Of a stretch of 64,000 nucleotides of DNA, positions 19,976 to 29,608 are shown in pieces. Made by a program: the position numbers and the translations under genes. The DNA lies in the NCBI GenBank assembly GCA_002699585.1, contig PABP01000009.1, forward strand, positions 419,750 to 483,749. Reading direction: 5' to 3'. Position 1 is the stretch's first letter. Every line of letters begins with the position of its first letter. Below the pieces are notes generated by a model, which worked only from the letters and a program-made list of their open reading frames with translations, was not told the origin of the DNA and ran no database searches. Origin of the DNA: Anaerolineaceae bacterium. GTDB lineage: Bacteria; Chloroflexota; Anaerolineae; Aggregatilineales; Phototrophicaceae.

Positions 19976-20452
19976 TTACACTTTATTTGACAAAGCGCTC
20001 CACCTGCAAAGATGGTCAGGATAAATCGAGTGCATGAGGCGATGAGAACGCAGCGGCAGGGAGGTGGATAGTGTAGCGAACGTCAAACCCTTCCGATAAT
20101 CGGCTGAGCGGTCACGGACCACGATTTCAACTTCAAGATGGGCTGCAAACCAGGTCTGGATGTCCTCTGCCAGACTACCGTTCACCCGTTCGACCACCCG
20201 CCTCGTTTCCTGATCAATCATCATGCTCCCGTAGCGATGTCCTTTGCGGATTGCCCAGTCATCCAAGCTCACCACCCGTGGACAAGTATCGTTGACAAGC
20301 GCTGTTTGTTTCACGATCCGCAAGATCGTGTCACCACTGGTGATGATCTGAAAACAGCGGAAGATGCGTCGCGCACTCTCTGCGCTGACTTCAAAGCCAA
20401 CCCGACGCATGACCTGCGTCAACCGTTCAGTCCGCCGAGCATAGGGCGACAA
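19976..20452 (-). pseudogene. ISL3-family transposase internal fragment
   Basis: VVSLDDWAIRKGHRYGSMMIDQETRR matches the ISL3 DDE-region motif (VLGVDDFAxRKGHxYxTV). Lacks N- and C-terminal parts. Confidence 0.6.
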
Positions 20453-20695
20453 CCAGTCGGGAAACCGTTCAGCATAAAGTGCGGAAGTTCCAAAATTTCG
20501 GTGATTCGTAAAAAATCAGTTCGCTTTGTGGTATACGAACATTTGTGCTATATACTAGAGAGATAAAGCGTCAGAGAAGGGACGAAGTTATGCCGACAAT
20601 CACCATTGGTGCAAAAGTCGTCGGGCAGAAACGCCCGCTGTTTACAGACTACTGCTTTCCACTGTTACCCGATGTTATGGCATTACCCCGATAAG

Positions 20696-22482
20696 ATGGT
20701 TCTTCCGCACTTTGATGTTGTTGGCGAACCCCTGTTTAGGTTTAAAAAGGTCTATACTGGTAGAAAAACGGGGTGCGTAGAGAATTAAGGGGGATGCTCA
20801 TGTCACTGCCAAAACAAGCGATTGAATCGGTGCCCGAAGACACGGCACAAGTTGCTCGGAAAGCATTTCCAAAGGGCAATCCGTATATCCAGATACGTGA
20901 TCAGTTGGGCACGATTTACACCGATGAGATTTTCGCGGATTTGTATCCGCCTGATGGTCACCCCGCGATCCGTCCCTGGCGACTAGCGCTGGTCACGGTG
21001 ATGCAATTTGCTGAAAATCTGACGGATCGTCAGGCAGCTGACGCAGTACGGGACCGTATCGCCTGGAAGTATGCCCTGAGTTTGTCGTTAACGGATGCCG
21101 GCTTCGACTATTCGGTGCTAAGTGAATTTCGTCAACGCCTGTTGGATCATGATGCTGCACAGCAATTACTCGATGTGATGCTGAAACAATTTTCTGAGCA
21201 GGGTTGGCTGAAAACACGTGGTAAGCAACGCACGGACTCGACGCACATTTTGGCGGCCATTCGACGACTCAACCAACTGGAATTGGTACATGAAACGTTG
21301 CGTCACGCGCTCAATGAATTGGCTGCTGAAGCGCCAGCGTGGCTCAGGCAACGGGTCACTGCGGATTGGTTCGATAGCTACAGCCAGCGCACGAGCAACT
21401 ACCTGCTCCCGAAGAAAGATGCTGAGCGTAAAGCCTGGGGGAACGGGTCGGGCAGGATGGTCTTTATTTGCTGGAGCAGGATTATGCGGGGGGTCATCAT
21501 CCGGAACTGGCGCAATTACCTGCTGTAGAAATGTTGCGACAGGTATGGATGCAGCATTTTTATCAGCTTGAAGAGCAAGTTTGTCTGTGTGAGAAACGCG
21601 ATCAGCCGCCTGCGTCACGCCTGATCACCTTATCTTCTTATGATCCCCAAGCGCGATGTAGCGCCAAGCGCAACGTCACCTGGGACGGCTACAAAGTGCA
21701 TTTGACTGAGACCTGTGATGACGACACACCCAATCTGATTACCAACCATGAAATGCGTCCATCCACCGAACCGGATCATGATGCCACGGAGGTTATTCAT
21801 GACCATCTGGTGGTCAATGGTTACGCACCCAGAGAACATTTTGTGGATCAGGGGTATATGTCGATCGATCATGTGGTTCAACAGGCTCAGGACGGTATTG
21901 ATTTGATGGGTGCGGTTCCCGATGACAATAGCTGGCAGGCTCGCCATGGTGGTTATGATAGTCGCCAATTTGTTGTCGACTGGGACAATGAACAGGCTGT
22001 TTGTCCACAAGGGCACGACAGTTGCAGTTGGTCATTGGCACAAACACGCTCGCAGCGTCCAGTCGTGAAGATCAAGTTTCGACATCGAGATTGTGCCCCA
22101 TGTCCTGCGCTGAACTTATGCGCCAACAATCATGAGAAACGGCGCACCTTGACCATTCTTGCGCCGCAGACTCTTTACGAGGCCCAGCAAGTAGCCCGTC
22201 AACGGCAGCAAACCACGAACTTCAAAACAGCATGTCACGTCCGTGCAGGTGTGGAAGGAACCGTGTCGCAAGCAGCCCATGCTCTTGGCGCACGGCGATC
22301 ACGCTACCGAGGCATGGACAAAACCCATCTCCAGCATCTGGGCGTTGCTGCGGCTATTAATCTGTTACGCATCGTCAATTGGCTGGATGATGTCCCGCCT
22401 TCCAAAACACCTCAATCGCGTTTTGCGCAGCTGGCCGCCTGATGAAGGGTTCGCCAAAAACATCAAAGTGCGGAAGAACCAT
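20696..22482 (+). mobile_element. IS1182-family insertion sequence with 38-bp imperfect terminal inverted repeats (36/38)
   Basis: IRL 20696-20733 ATGGTTCTTCCGCACTTTGATGTTGTTGGCGAACCCCT. IRR 22445-22482 is its reverse complement with 2 mismatches. Confidence 0.8.
20800..22442 (+). pseudogene. IS1182-family DDE transposase split by a frameshift in a G5 run (21437-21441)
   Basis: Frame 1 gives ...KDAERKAWGNG. A frame shifted by 1 nt continues GERVGQDGLYLLEQDYAGG..., so a single ORF is restored by a 1-nt shift at GCCTGGGGGAAC. Confidence 0.7.
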
Positions 22483-22508
22483 TAAATTAGGGTATTGCCA
22501 GATCTAAC

Positions 22509-24572
22509 TTATGCCGAAACCCAATGGGGAGATAGGCATGTATCAGTAGAGGGATAACTCAACATGGGTTGTTGCACAACACCCACCAACACCCCTTCAT
22601 CCTCGGCGGTGGTCGCAGCAGCTTCCGACGCTGCTTCCTCAGAATCTTCCCATTTCGTATCACGCGGATACTTCTTCTCGCCGCTATACGACTTCCACCA
22701 ACCTTTGCCGTAGTGATAGCGCATCCGCTGGGTGAGTGCCCGCCACGGATAGTCCGGGAAGGCTCGCAGGATGTCTATCTGGTCGGCATCAGCGTCGAAC
22801 ATGGCCTTCAGCCGGTCGAGGTCTTCCTCATCCCAGAAGTAGCCGATGCTGCGATGTGTCGTGCTTTCGGTCGTGGTCGAGCCGTCACGCCAGTGGACGA
22901 TGGTGATCTTGGTATGGCGGGTCACCTTCGAAATGTTTGCGTAGGACGCGAACGCCTCGAACAACTCACGCCGTTCCTGACGCGGGACATCCTCCCAGCG
23001 GTCGATGACGGTTTCCAGCACGGGTTTGGCATCGGCAAGGTTGACCTGCTTGCGTTCACCCGACTTCAACCGCGACCATTCCGCCTGCAATGACTCAAGC
23101 TCCAACTCCAGCGAGCGATAACGAGCCTCTGCCCGTTCGACCATCTCTGGATGGCTCAGGGTAGCTAGACTGCTAATGAGGTTGTCTTTCGACGCTTCCG
23201 CCTGACGGATGGCTGCTTCCAGCCGCCGGACTTCGGCATGATCGCCGTCTTCCATCGTCGCCAGGGCTGCCTGCCACGTCGCTTCGTCGATGGTTGTCGC
23301 CTTCAGCCGTTGCAACAACATCCGGTCGATAATGGCATCCACGATGAAGCACTTGATGTTCCAGACATTCGACCGCTCGTACTCGTAAAGTTGATACTGG
23401 TACTTCTCAGCCGATGTGTTCCACACCGTCGCTAAACGGTGATGGGGATCGTCTGGCAGGTCATCCGAGTAGAGCAGGTTGCTGTAGGTCGGTGGGTCTT
23501 CATTGCGGTCGGCTTTGTTGTGCCGCGTCCAGGGACGGTAGGGCACGTAGTCGGCGTTGGGATTGCCATAGAAGTCAGCAGGGGAGATGCGGTTGAAGGC
23601 ATATAGAAAGAGGTCATTCGGGATGATCGCCTCGTGGTTGTGCCACTCGACAATCACGCCCTGGTGAATCCAGTGTCCGATGTAAGCCACATTGATGAGC
23701 ATCCCTTGCAAACCGCTGTAGGACGGCGTGAGACCACCGGTGTGCTTCGAGCGACGCTTGAGGTGATCCGTCACTTTGAATCCATCGGGCATGTCCTCTG
23801 CCGTCAGGTCAGGGAAGTACGGACCGTGCTGCTCGATCTGCCGCCACGTTTGCTTTAGATTGCCCTCGTTCTCACGGAATAACTCGAAGTACGCCAGCAC
23901 CACATCGGCGTAGAGGTCGAAACGGCTGTACTTGCGCCACTCCGGGTTGCGACTGCCATCGGGCAGCTTCTCCCGCATATCAACCATGAAGCCGGGCGTG
24001 ATCTTGCGTCCCGCCCACATGCCACGCTCCTTGCGCCAGTGACGTGCTTTCACTAACCGACCCCGCACATGGTAGTCGATGTAATCGGCGGCACGCTGTG
24101 CCTGGTCGCGGAACATCTGCATGTGATAGCGACCCTGGGTTGGGTGTGCAAAGTCATAGACAAACGTCGGTGTGAGCACCAGCACGTTGTTGCGGCGGCA
24201 GGCATCAATGAAGATGTTCGGCTCGATCTGCGTCATATCGCGGAAGAAGCGATCCATATCCTGAGCCGCCACCAACCCGATCTCGCCGTTCTCGATCTGG
24301 CGATAGAGCAGGGACATGCCCGGACGCTCACTAATCTTCTTCTGTCCGCTGATACCTGCATCCATGTCGATCATGTTGATTTGTTCACGCTGCCAGCCCT
24401 GTGCGATGAGGTGTTCCACCATATCCACCGTTTGCAGGGTAGTGGAGATGTTGCCGATTTGTCCCTCCGAGGACTGCCGGTAGTAGACCGAAACAGGTTT
24501 GCCGAGTGGCAGGGGTTGTGCCCTATACGGATCAATCGACGCGGTTTCAGGGCGTTTGAGTGTTCTGACCAT
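22509..24572 (-). CDS. large serine recombinase (integrase), 687 aa, island 2
   Basis: SVYYRQSSEGQ catalytic motif. Collinear similarity to LSR1 (GNISTxxQ, QGWQxE, GxSGxKxIxEREGMSxL...). AAGGAGG RBS. Confidence 0.9.
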   Translation of the reverse strand: MVRTLKRPETASIDPYRAQPLPLGKPVSVYYRQSSEGQIGNISTTLQTVDMVEHLIAQGWQREQINMIDMDAGISGQKKISERPGMSLLYRQIENGEIGLVAAQDMDRFFRDMTQIEPNIFIDACRRNNVLVLTPTFVYDFAHPTQGRYHMQMFRDQAQRAADYIDYHVRGRLVKARHWRKERGMWAGRKITPGFMVDMREKLPDGSRNPEWRKYSRFDLYADVVLAYFELFRENEGNLKQTWRQIEQHGPYFPDLTAEDMPDGFKVTDHLKRRSKHTGGLTPSYSGLQGMLINVAYIGHWIHQGVIVEWHNHEAIIPNDLFLYAFNRISPADFYGNPNADYVPYRPWTRHNKADRNEDPPTYSNLLYSDDLPDDPHHRLATVWNTSAEKYQYQLYEYERSNVWNIKCFIVDAIIDRMLLQRLKATTIDEATWQAALATMEDGDHAEVRRLEAAIRQAEASKDNLISSLATLSHPEMVERAEARYRSLELELESLQAEWSRLKSGERKQVNLADAKPVLETVIDRWEDVPRQERRELFEAFASYANISKVTRHTKITIVHWRDGSTTTESTTHRSIGYFWDEEDLDRLKAMFDADADQIDILRAFPDYPWRALTQRMRYHYGKGWWKSYSGEKKYPRDTKWEDSEEAASEAAATTAEDEGVLVGVVQQPMLSYPSTDTCLSPHWVSA

Positions 24573-24692
24573 AATTTGTCCTACCTCCTTTCATCTGAAT
24601 GAAAAACGCCCTGCTTATGCGAGTGCCCATACGGTTGCATGGGGTGCAGAAGCAAGGCGCAGAATGTTCTCGGTAATGAGGTACAATGCGTC

Positions 24693-24899
24693 TTAGCCCT
24701 GCGACGTGCTACGATCACTCGCCGGGTCAGGCAGGTCGTCGAGCGGGAACTCGTCGGCCTGTCGTCGATTATGTCCGTTTGACTTGTCCTCATGATACTC
24801 TCTTTTCGGTAGGCGTGCAACGATCCTGAGCAGGGTGCGTGAGATAGTCTCCAGGTTCACCCCCTCGCTGGTCTGTGAGTCGCGGTTCTTGACTTCCAA
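24693..24899 (-). CDS. possible small DNA-binding protein (degenerate Xis-like?)
   Basis: Position is analogous to the Xis-like gene of island 1. Only weak HTH-like segment LETISRTLLRIVARL. Confidence 0.2.
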   Translation of the reverse strand: MEVKNRDSQTSEGVNLETISRTLLRIVARLPKREYHEDKSNGHNRRQADEFPLDDLPDPASDRSTSQG

Positions 24900-24936
24900 T
24901 TGGTTGATCCCTCATCTGTTTTATCTGGTTTTACCC

Positions 24937-25092
24937 ATACACTCAGCGTAGCAAACCACCACACCCCTCAGACTGAAATTTTCCAGTTTGGGATGCGAAA
25001 AATTTCAAAATGGCGAAATTCGGTGGAATCGGGTGCTTGACAGGTCGTGCATCGGGCTTTTCCGGTGACTGACTGATACACTCAGCTTAGCA
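24937..25092 (+). repeat. two ~60-bp imperfect direct repeats (ATACACTCAGCKTAGCA ... TGAAATTYTYCAGTTT) 139 bp apart in the LSR2-MTase intergenic region
   Basis: Read from sequence at 24937-24998 and 25076-25135. Confidence 0.5.
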
Positions 25093-25190
25093 GATGGGGG
25101 AGGTGCGACCCGTGAAATTCTTCAGTTTTGCGCCAGCAGTATTACGGCGGGGCGAAGCAGTTTTTCAGGCTCGAAGCGATAGGATGAAAA

Positions 25191-26699
25191 TCAGGGTTTT
25201 TTCCAGATGGTAATGCTTTTACGCAGGGCTTCTCGTCCAAAACGTCCCATCTGCTGACTGCTGTTCCCCTTGCGCTGCGGCAGAATATAGACCTTCTCAG
25301 GACTGAAACCGAGGTCTTCAGCGATGGACGTGGTAAGCAGGTCGACGGGAATGATCTCACCGCCATAGCGAACATTATCGTTGACGAAAGCGATACGTGC
25401 GTCACATCTTGCCGTTCTGAGGATTTCGGCAAACACAAAGGTTAGTTCGATGAAATACCCCTCAACCATCGGCAGTATACCCCGGTTGTTGATCTCACCC
25501 CGTTCCCAACGGATTTGTAGTGCCTCATTGATCTCTTTGAATACGGGATTGCTCAAAACTGTTTGCAGGATATGCTCAAAACGCTCAGATTGTCCCAGTG
25601 AACGGTAATGAGCACGAAGCTCATCGACTTTCGAGTTATGTTCAACCGTGCAGGATAGTTGCTCCTGGCGAAGTTTACGAATGCCTTCCTCGCCTGCTCC
25701 GAGATAGGCAATCTCAAGGGCGTAGGTGCGCGTATAATCGTAACGATTGCAGTACGGTGGTGATGTGATGACACCCGCAAATTGATCTGCTTCCAGCGTG
25801 GGCAATACCTTCAGACTACTTCCCTGAAGAAGTTGCTGGCTGCTTCCAGTGACTTGCTGCTGTTGGATAATCTCAATGTCCTCGATGACGGTAAACATTG
25901 CGGCAAGTAGGGCTTCCTTAACGGTAGGGAGGTCGCCTTTGTGCATTCCCTTGATGGGTAATTTGCCATTTTCCTCGCGCTTGCGATTGCGAGCCTGCAC
26001 TTTTTCTGCTCGGCGATCCCACCGAAGGTATTGTCCATCTTTGCGCGTGTAGCTGACTTCCTCCAGGATACTGGTTAGAAGCAGGCGAAGCAGTATCTTT
26101 GTTGATCCACTGAAATCGGACTGCTCGACCCAATCCGTGTAGTACATCAATGCGCTTTCCTCTTCTTCAGGAAACGCAGTCTGCGTAATCACAAGATGGG
26201 GAAAAGAACGTGAGGCTTTGCCCGGTTCACTCAATTTGATTTGCTGATAAATGTCGCGCAACTCAGCCACATCATAGTTAAATACATGTGACTTTGCCCG
26301 CCAGGTCAGGTGGCAATTCGGCAGGATTTCGACTCCCACAGCACTAATGCCCCGACTCTTTGCTACCAGTAGTGTTGTGCCTGATCCGTTGAACGGTTCC
26401 AGTAGCGTATCACATGGCTTGATGTCAAACTCATCAATGAGACGATCCACCAGTTCAGCGGAAAAGCCCTCCCTGTATTTGATCCAGCTATGGAGCAGTT
26501 GTCCCTTATTGCCCTGAAAGCTGACCGTTCGGCGGTCAAACTTGTCCGTCTCTTCAAATAAATCCCGGTAACGCTCTTCTAGTGCTAGTCTTGCGGTTTC
26601 ATCGGCGACACCATCATGTGAGAATGAATCACGGACGACAGCCTGGCCTGATGAAAATGGTGTCAACTGGTCATCATTGAATAAGGGTAATTGTTTCAC
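25191..26699 (-). CDS. DNA amino-methyltransferase (N6-A or N4-C), motif I then motif IV
   Basis: LLEPFNGSGTTLLVA (FxGxG, AdoMet binding) and VITSPPYCNRYDY (SPPY catalytic motif). Confidence 0.8.
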   Translation of the reverse strand: MKQLPLFNDDQLTPFSSGQAVVRDSFSHDGVADETARLALEERYRDLFEETDKFDRRTVSFQGNKGQLLHSWIKYREGFSAELVDRLIDEFDIKPCDTLLEPFNGSGTTLLVAKSRGISAVGVEILPNCHLTWRAKSHVFNYDVAELRDIYQQIKLSEPGKASRSFPHLVITQTAFPEEEESALMYYTDWVEQSDFSGSTKILLRLLLTSILEEVSYTRKDGQYLRWDRRAEKVQARNRKREENGKLPIKGMHKGDLPTVKEALLAAMFTVIEDIEIIQQQQVTGSSQQLLQGSSLKVLPTLEADQFAGVITSPPYCNRYDYTRTYALEIAYLGAGEEGIRKLRQEQLSCTVEHNSKVDELRAHYRSLGQSERFEHILQTVLSNPVFKEINEALQIRWERGEINNRGILPMVEGYFIELTFVFAEILRTARCDARIAFVNDNVRYGGEIIPVDLLTTSIAEDLGFSPEKVYILPQRKGNSSQQMGRFGREALRKSITIWKKP

Positions 26700-27931
26700 G
26701 TTGGGTTTCCAGTTTCATCTAACGTCATTTCAAAGAACGCTACCATCTGATTCAAGAAATCCTGCTGCATAGCGGGATCGTTAGCGATTTTTGTCAGATT
26801 ATGGACACTCGCCAACTTTCCCTGTTGTAACCAGAGTGCGGCTTCCTGTGCGACGCGATCTACGAGGATTGTTGCCATAAACGAAAGTTGCGGTATCGGA
26901 CGATGTGTCTTTTCAGCAGCATCGATCATGCGGTTGAACGCCTGCGTCGCTGTCTTCCAATGTTCATCTGAACCAGCCGGGTCTGCACCGCCTTTCAATT
27001 CAGCAGCCCAGGGAAAAGTATCAGACGGTATTTCGGTGATGAGATCGGGGCCAATTCGATAGCGTCGCTTCGTTTCCTCATTATGCCAGTACATCTGACG
27101 ATTGAGCAGCACACTGTTGCCGTTCGTCAGGTTGATCTGTCGATAGACAATCCGTTGGTCTTCGAGATCCGAGAGCAGGGTAGCCACTTCCTGTTCAGAG
27201 CGTCCTTGTAGTTCCACTTTCTGAATCTTCCCGTTATCGTTTTCATCCTCGTCTTCGAGAACGATGCGCCCCTTGACCTTGAAGATGATGCTTTTTAACT
27301 TTTGAAGGCGATGTAAATGGAGCACGATGGGCGAAATCACCGAAATATAGGCCAGTCGTCCAACCTCATTACGCCAACCACCGTCCAGACTCGCGCCAAT
27401 GTTGATGTACACCATTTCCAGATGACGCCGCTGCCCATATAGTCCAGTTTCCATAACCAGTGCGCTGGTAATCTTGTTGAGATGCTGAGCGATGGCCTGA
27501 GCCTTGTCTACACCGAGCGGCATACTGATCTCGTGTTGCGTCGTGTCTAATCCGATGTTGTTCATCACCTTGTTTGAGATCATTGCGACATTACGATAGT
27601 AGAGTACGAGGCGAGGCTCTCGCACGAGATCACCTGGTAAACAGAAATAGTAGGGATACGGAACAGGTGGATCATGGGCATCAAGCGTATCGATTGCAGT
27701 GGGGGAAATACCAGCAGCCTCGGCGCGTTCACGCCAGAGTTCCATATCATATTCTCTACCAAGTTGCTCAATGTCTTGGACAATGCCATCAACATCCAGC
27801 GCCGAGAGGTTCTTCAGGAAAAAGAGACCCCGGCGCACCGAGTTTTCACGAACTGCCTGAAGGATTTCCTCCTGTGTGCTTGCGTATTGGGTGTAGTCGT
27901 CTTGTTGCGATGCATTGGGTTGATCGGTCAT
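26696..27931 (-). CDS. putative restriction endonuclease partner of the methyltransferase (unassigned fold)
   Basis: ATGA start/stop overlap with the MTase gene suggests translational coupling. No recognisable family. Start taken at MTDQPNAS (the ORF extends to 27991). Confidence 0.35.
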   Translation of the reverse strand: MTDQPNASQQDDYTQYASTQEEILQAVRENSVRRGLFFLKNLSALDVDGIVQDIEQLGREYDMELWRERAEAAGISPTAIDTLDAHDPPVPYPYYFCLPGDLVREPRLVLYYRNVAMISNKVMNNIGLDTTQHEISMPLGVDKAQAIAQHLNKITSALVMETGLYGQRRHLEMVYINIGASLDGGWRNEVGRLAYISVISPIVLHLHRLQKLKSIIFKVKGRIVLEDEDENDNGKIQKVELQGRSEQEVATLLSDLEDQRIVYRQINLTNGNSVLLNRQMYWHNEETKRRYRIGPDLITEIPSDTFPWAAELKGGADPAGSDEHWKTATQAFNRMIDAAEKTHRPIPQLSFMATILVDRVAQEAALWLQQGKLASVHNLTKIANDPAMQQDFLNQMVAFFEMTLDETGNPT

Positions 27932-28025
27932 AAATTCTTCTACAAGGGCTGTTGCTGAATAAATAAGGTTCTGTTTCCTATCATAGCACAAAGATTTTCA
28001 AGCATTCGAGGACTTATGCCCCAGC

Positions 28026-28260
28026 GTCACAACCGTCACAGGTCGAAATCAGCTACATGAAGATTGTTTTTTGTGCGGTATGTGATTTTTGCAAAATGTG
28101 TAGCAGTAACCGTCTCAGCTTGTGACGCTGTGACACCTGTGACGGATGCTGTTGGTCAATCGATTTTGTCGGGATTTTGCAGGTCAAAACACGGGGAATC
28201 GCATCATGTTTCGTAGCTACCATGCCCGGATTTTTGATTCGCCAACAACATCTGTGACGG
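28026..28260. repeat. GTCACA-rich repeat cluster A (GTCACAACCGTCACAGG forward; TGTGACGCTGTGACACCTGTGACGG and TGTGACGG reverse)
   Basis: The 17-mer GTCACAACCGTCACAGG recurs exactly at 39645-39661. The 16-mer CGTCACAGGTGTCACA recurs, inverted, at 39635-39650. Confidence 0.6.
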
Positions 28261-28359
28261 CGACCGGCTCGAAGCAAAAAAACAGCTGGTGAACGTGCCT
28301 GCTCAACACGCTTACCAGCCGGAGAAACAAAAACGGCTGCCCTTGTCGAGAGCAGCCGT

Positions 28360-29253
28360 CTAAGCGACACAACAGTATGCGATGGCGAGTTTCTTCTTGA
28401 TCTTCTTCCGGTAGTAGAAGATCATCTTGTGTTCTTTCTCGTCGCGGGCGAACTTCTTCACCTTTGCCTTGGTGGTCAGCGTGTAAATCGCAAACAGTGC
28501 CAGTGGACGATCCGAGTAGTGTTCGACCACCTGGAGATACGGTTCGATCTCGCCTGCATCGAGTCGTTCCTGCCAGGTGCGTGGCTGGATCATCGGCTCG
28601 TACTCCTTCAGGATGCGCTGAAGCCGGTGCTTGATCGCTGTCATACGCTCGTAGACCATCGAGTGCGCCAGATTATGCGCTTCCAGTGCCGCCTTCGAGT
28701 CAACACTGGTCGTCAGGATGTAGAGCGCGACCAGTTCCTTAATGTCGTCAGCGTATTCTTCGGCAATGGCGTGGATCGCGTCGGTAATGTCCAGCCGGAA
28801 GTCAATCTTCGTTGCCCACGGTGCCCAGCGTTCCGAGGACTTCTGCCAGGCGGTGGGGGATGAGTAGCCCGGAATGCCGTACTCGTCCACGTCCAGCGCC
28901 AGCTCACCTTCGATATCAGTGAAGGGGAGATACTTCTTGTTTTGCTTCTGAAGCGTGGTGGACTTGCTGATCGCCAACGCACGCCACATCGCCCCAAAGA
29001 TACCGACATCTGCCAGCAAGTTCGGGTCTTCGACCAGTCGCATCCACAGACGCATCAGCCCGGTCTGGATGCTGTCGGGGATATCCTGGCCATAGTTGCC
29101 AAAACGCTTCAGTTTGTTCGCCATCATCGGCGACAGGCACTCTGCGATCTCCTCGAAGGTGAGGTCGCCACCCCAGCCTGTCGGATAGCGCGGCGTGTGC
29201 GGAAATGGCTCGATGGACTCACGGATTTTGCTACGGGTTGTTGCTTCAGACAT
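28360..29253 (-). CDS. sigma-70/ECF-like protein, island 2 paralog
   Basis: Collinear with 16283-17179 (PTGWGG, GQDIPDSxQTGLMxLW, LVALYILTT...). Confidence 0.45.
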   Translation of the reverse strand: MSEATTRSKIRESIEPFPHTPRYPTGWGGDLTFEEIAECLSPMMANKLKRFGNYGQDIPDSIQTGLMRLWMRLVEDPNLLADVGIFGAMWRALAISKSTTLQKQNKKYLPFTDIEGELALDVDEYGIPGYSSPTAWQKSSERWAPWATKIDFRLDITDAIHAIAEEYADDIKELVALYILTTSVDSKAALEAHNLAHSMVYERMTAIKHRLQRILKEYEPMIQPRTWQERLDAGEIEPYLQVVEHYSDRPLALFAIYTLTTKAKVKKFARDEKEHKMIFYYRKKIKKKLAIAYCCVA

Positions 29254-29490
29254 GACGAAACCTCCTCGTCAAACCGGAAATCCGTCCGGCTGGCGGCTGA
29301 GCACAACGCTCAACCTGCCGGGGACGGCGCAGAGGAGGGGACCTGTCAAACAAAAAAGCCGACCAGATTGGTCAGCTTCTCATGATTTCAATTTGTGGTC
29401 GGCTTTTTAGGCGGATGGTTCGGTGGTCCCGTCCGCAGGATGGTACCAGCGTATCAGCCGCCGGTGTTTGATGGGGTGGATGCCCGCGCC
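29254..29490 (-). promoter_or_regulatory. conserved leader of sigma-like gene carrying an extra intrinsic-terminator hairpin (29353-29410)
   Basis: AAAAAAGCCGACCA...TGGTCGGCTTTTT, with a U-run on the gene (minus) strand. This hairpin is absent from the island-1 copy. Confidence 0.4.
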
Positions 29491-29608
29491 GTATGATCGC
29501 CGCGCGGCGGTGTGCGAACTTCAATTATTCTATGCAATAAACTTGTCTGAATTGACCTGGGGATGCTAATATTCATTAAAGGTAAAGTGAGCTAGAAGTA
29601 GGTTTTAG

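Noticed and set aside
21437-21441. Programmed ribosomal frameshift in the IS1182 transposase
   Set aside because: IS1182-family transposases are normally single-ORF. A G5 run is a classic site for mutation or homopolymer sequencing error, so this is treated as a pseudogene or possible error rather than programmed frameshifting.
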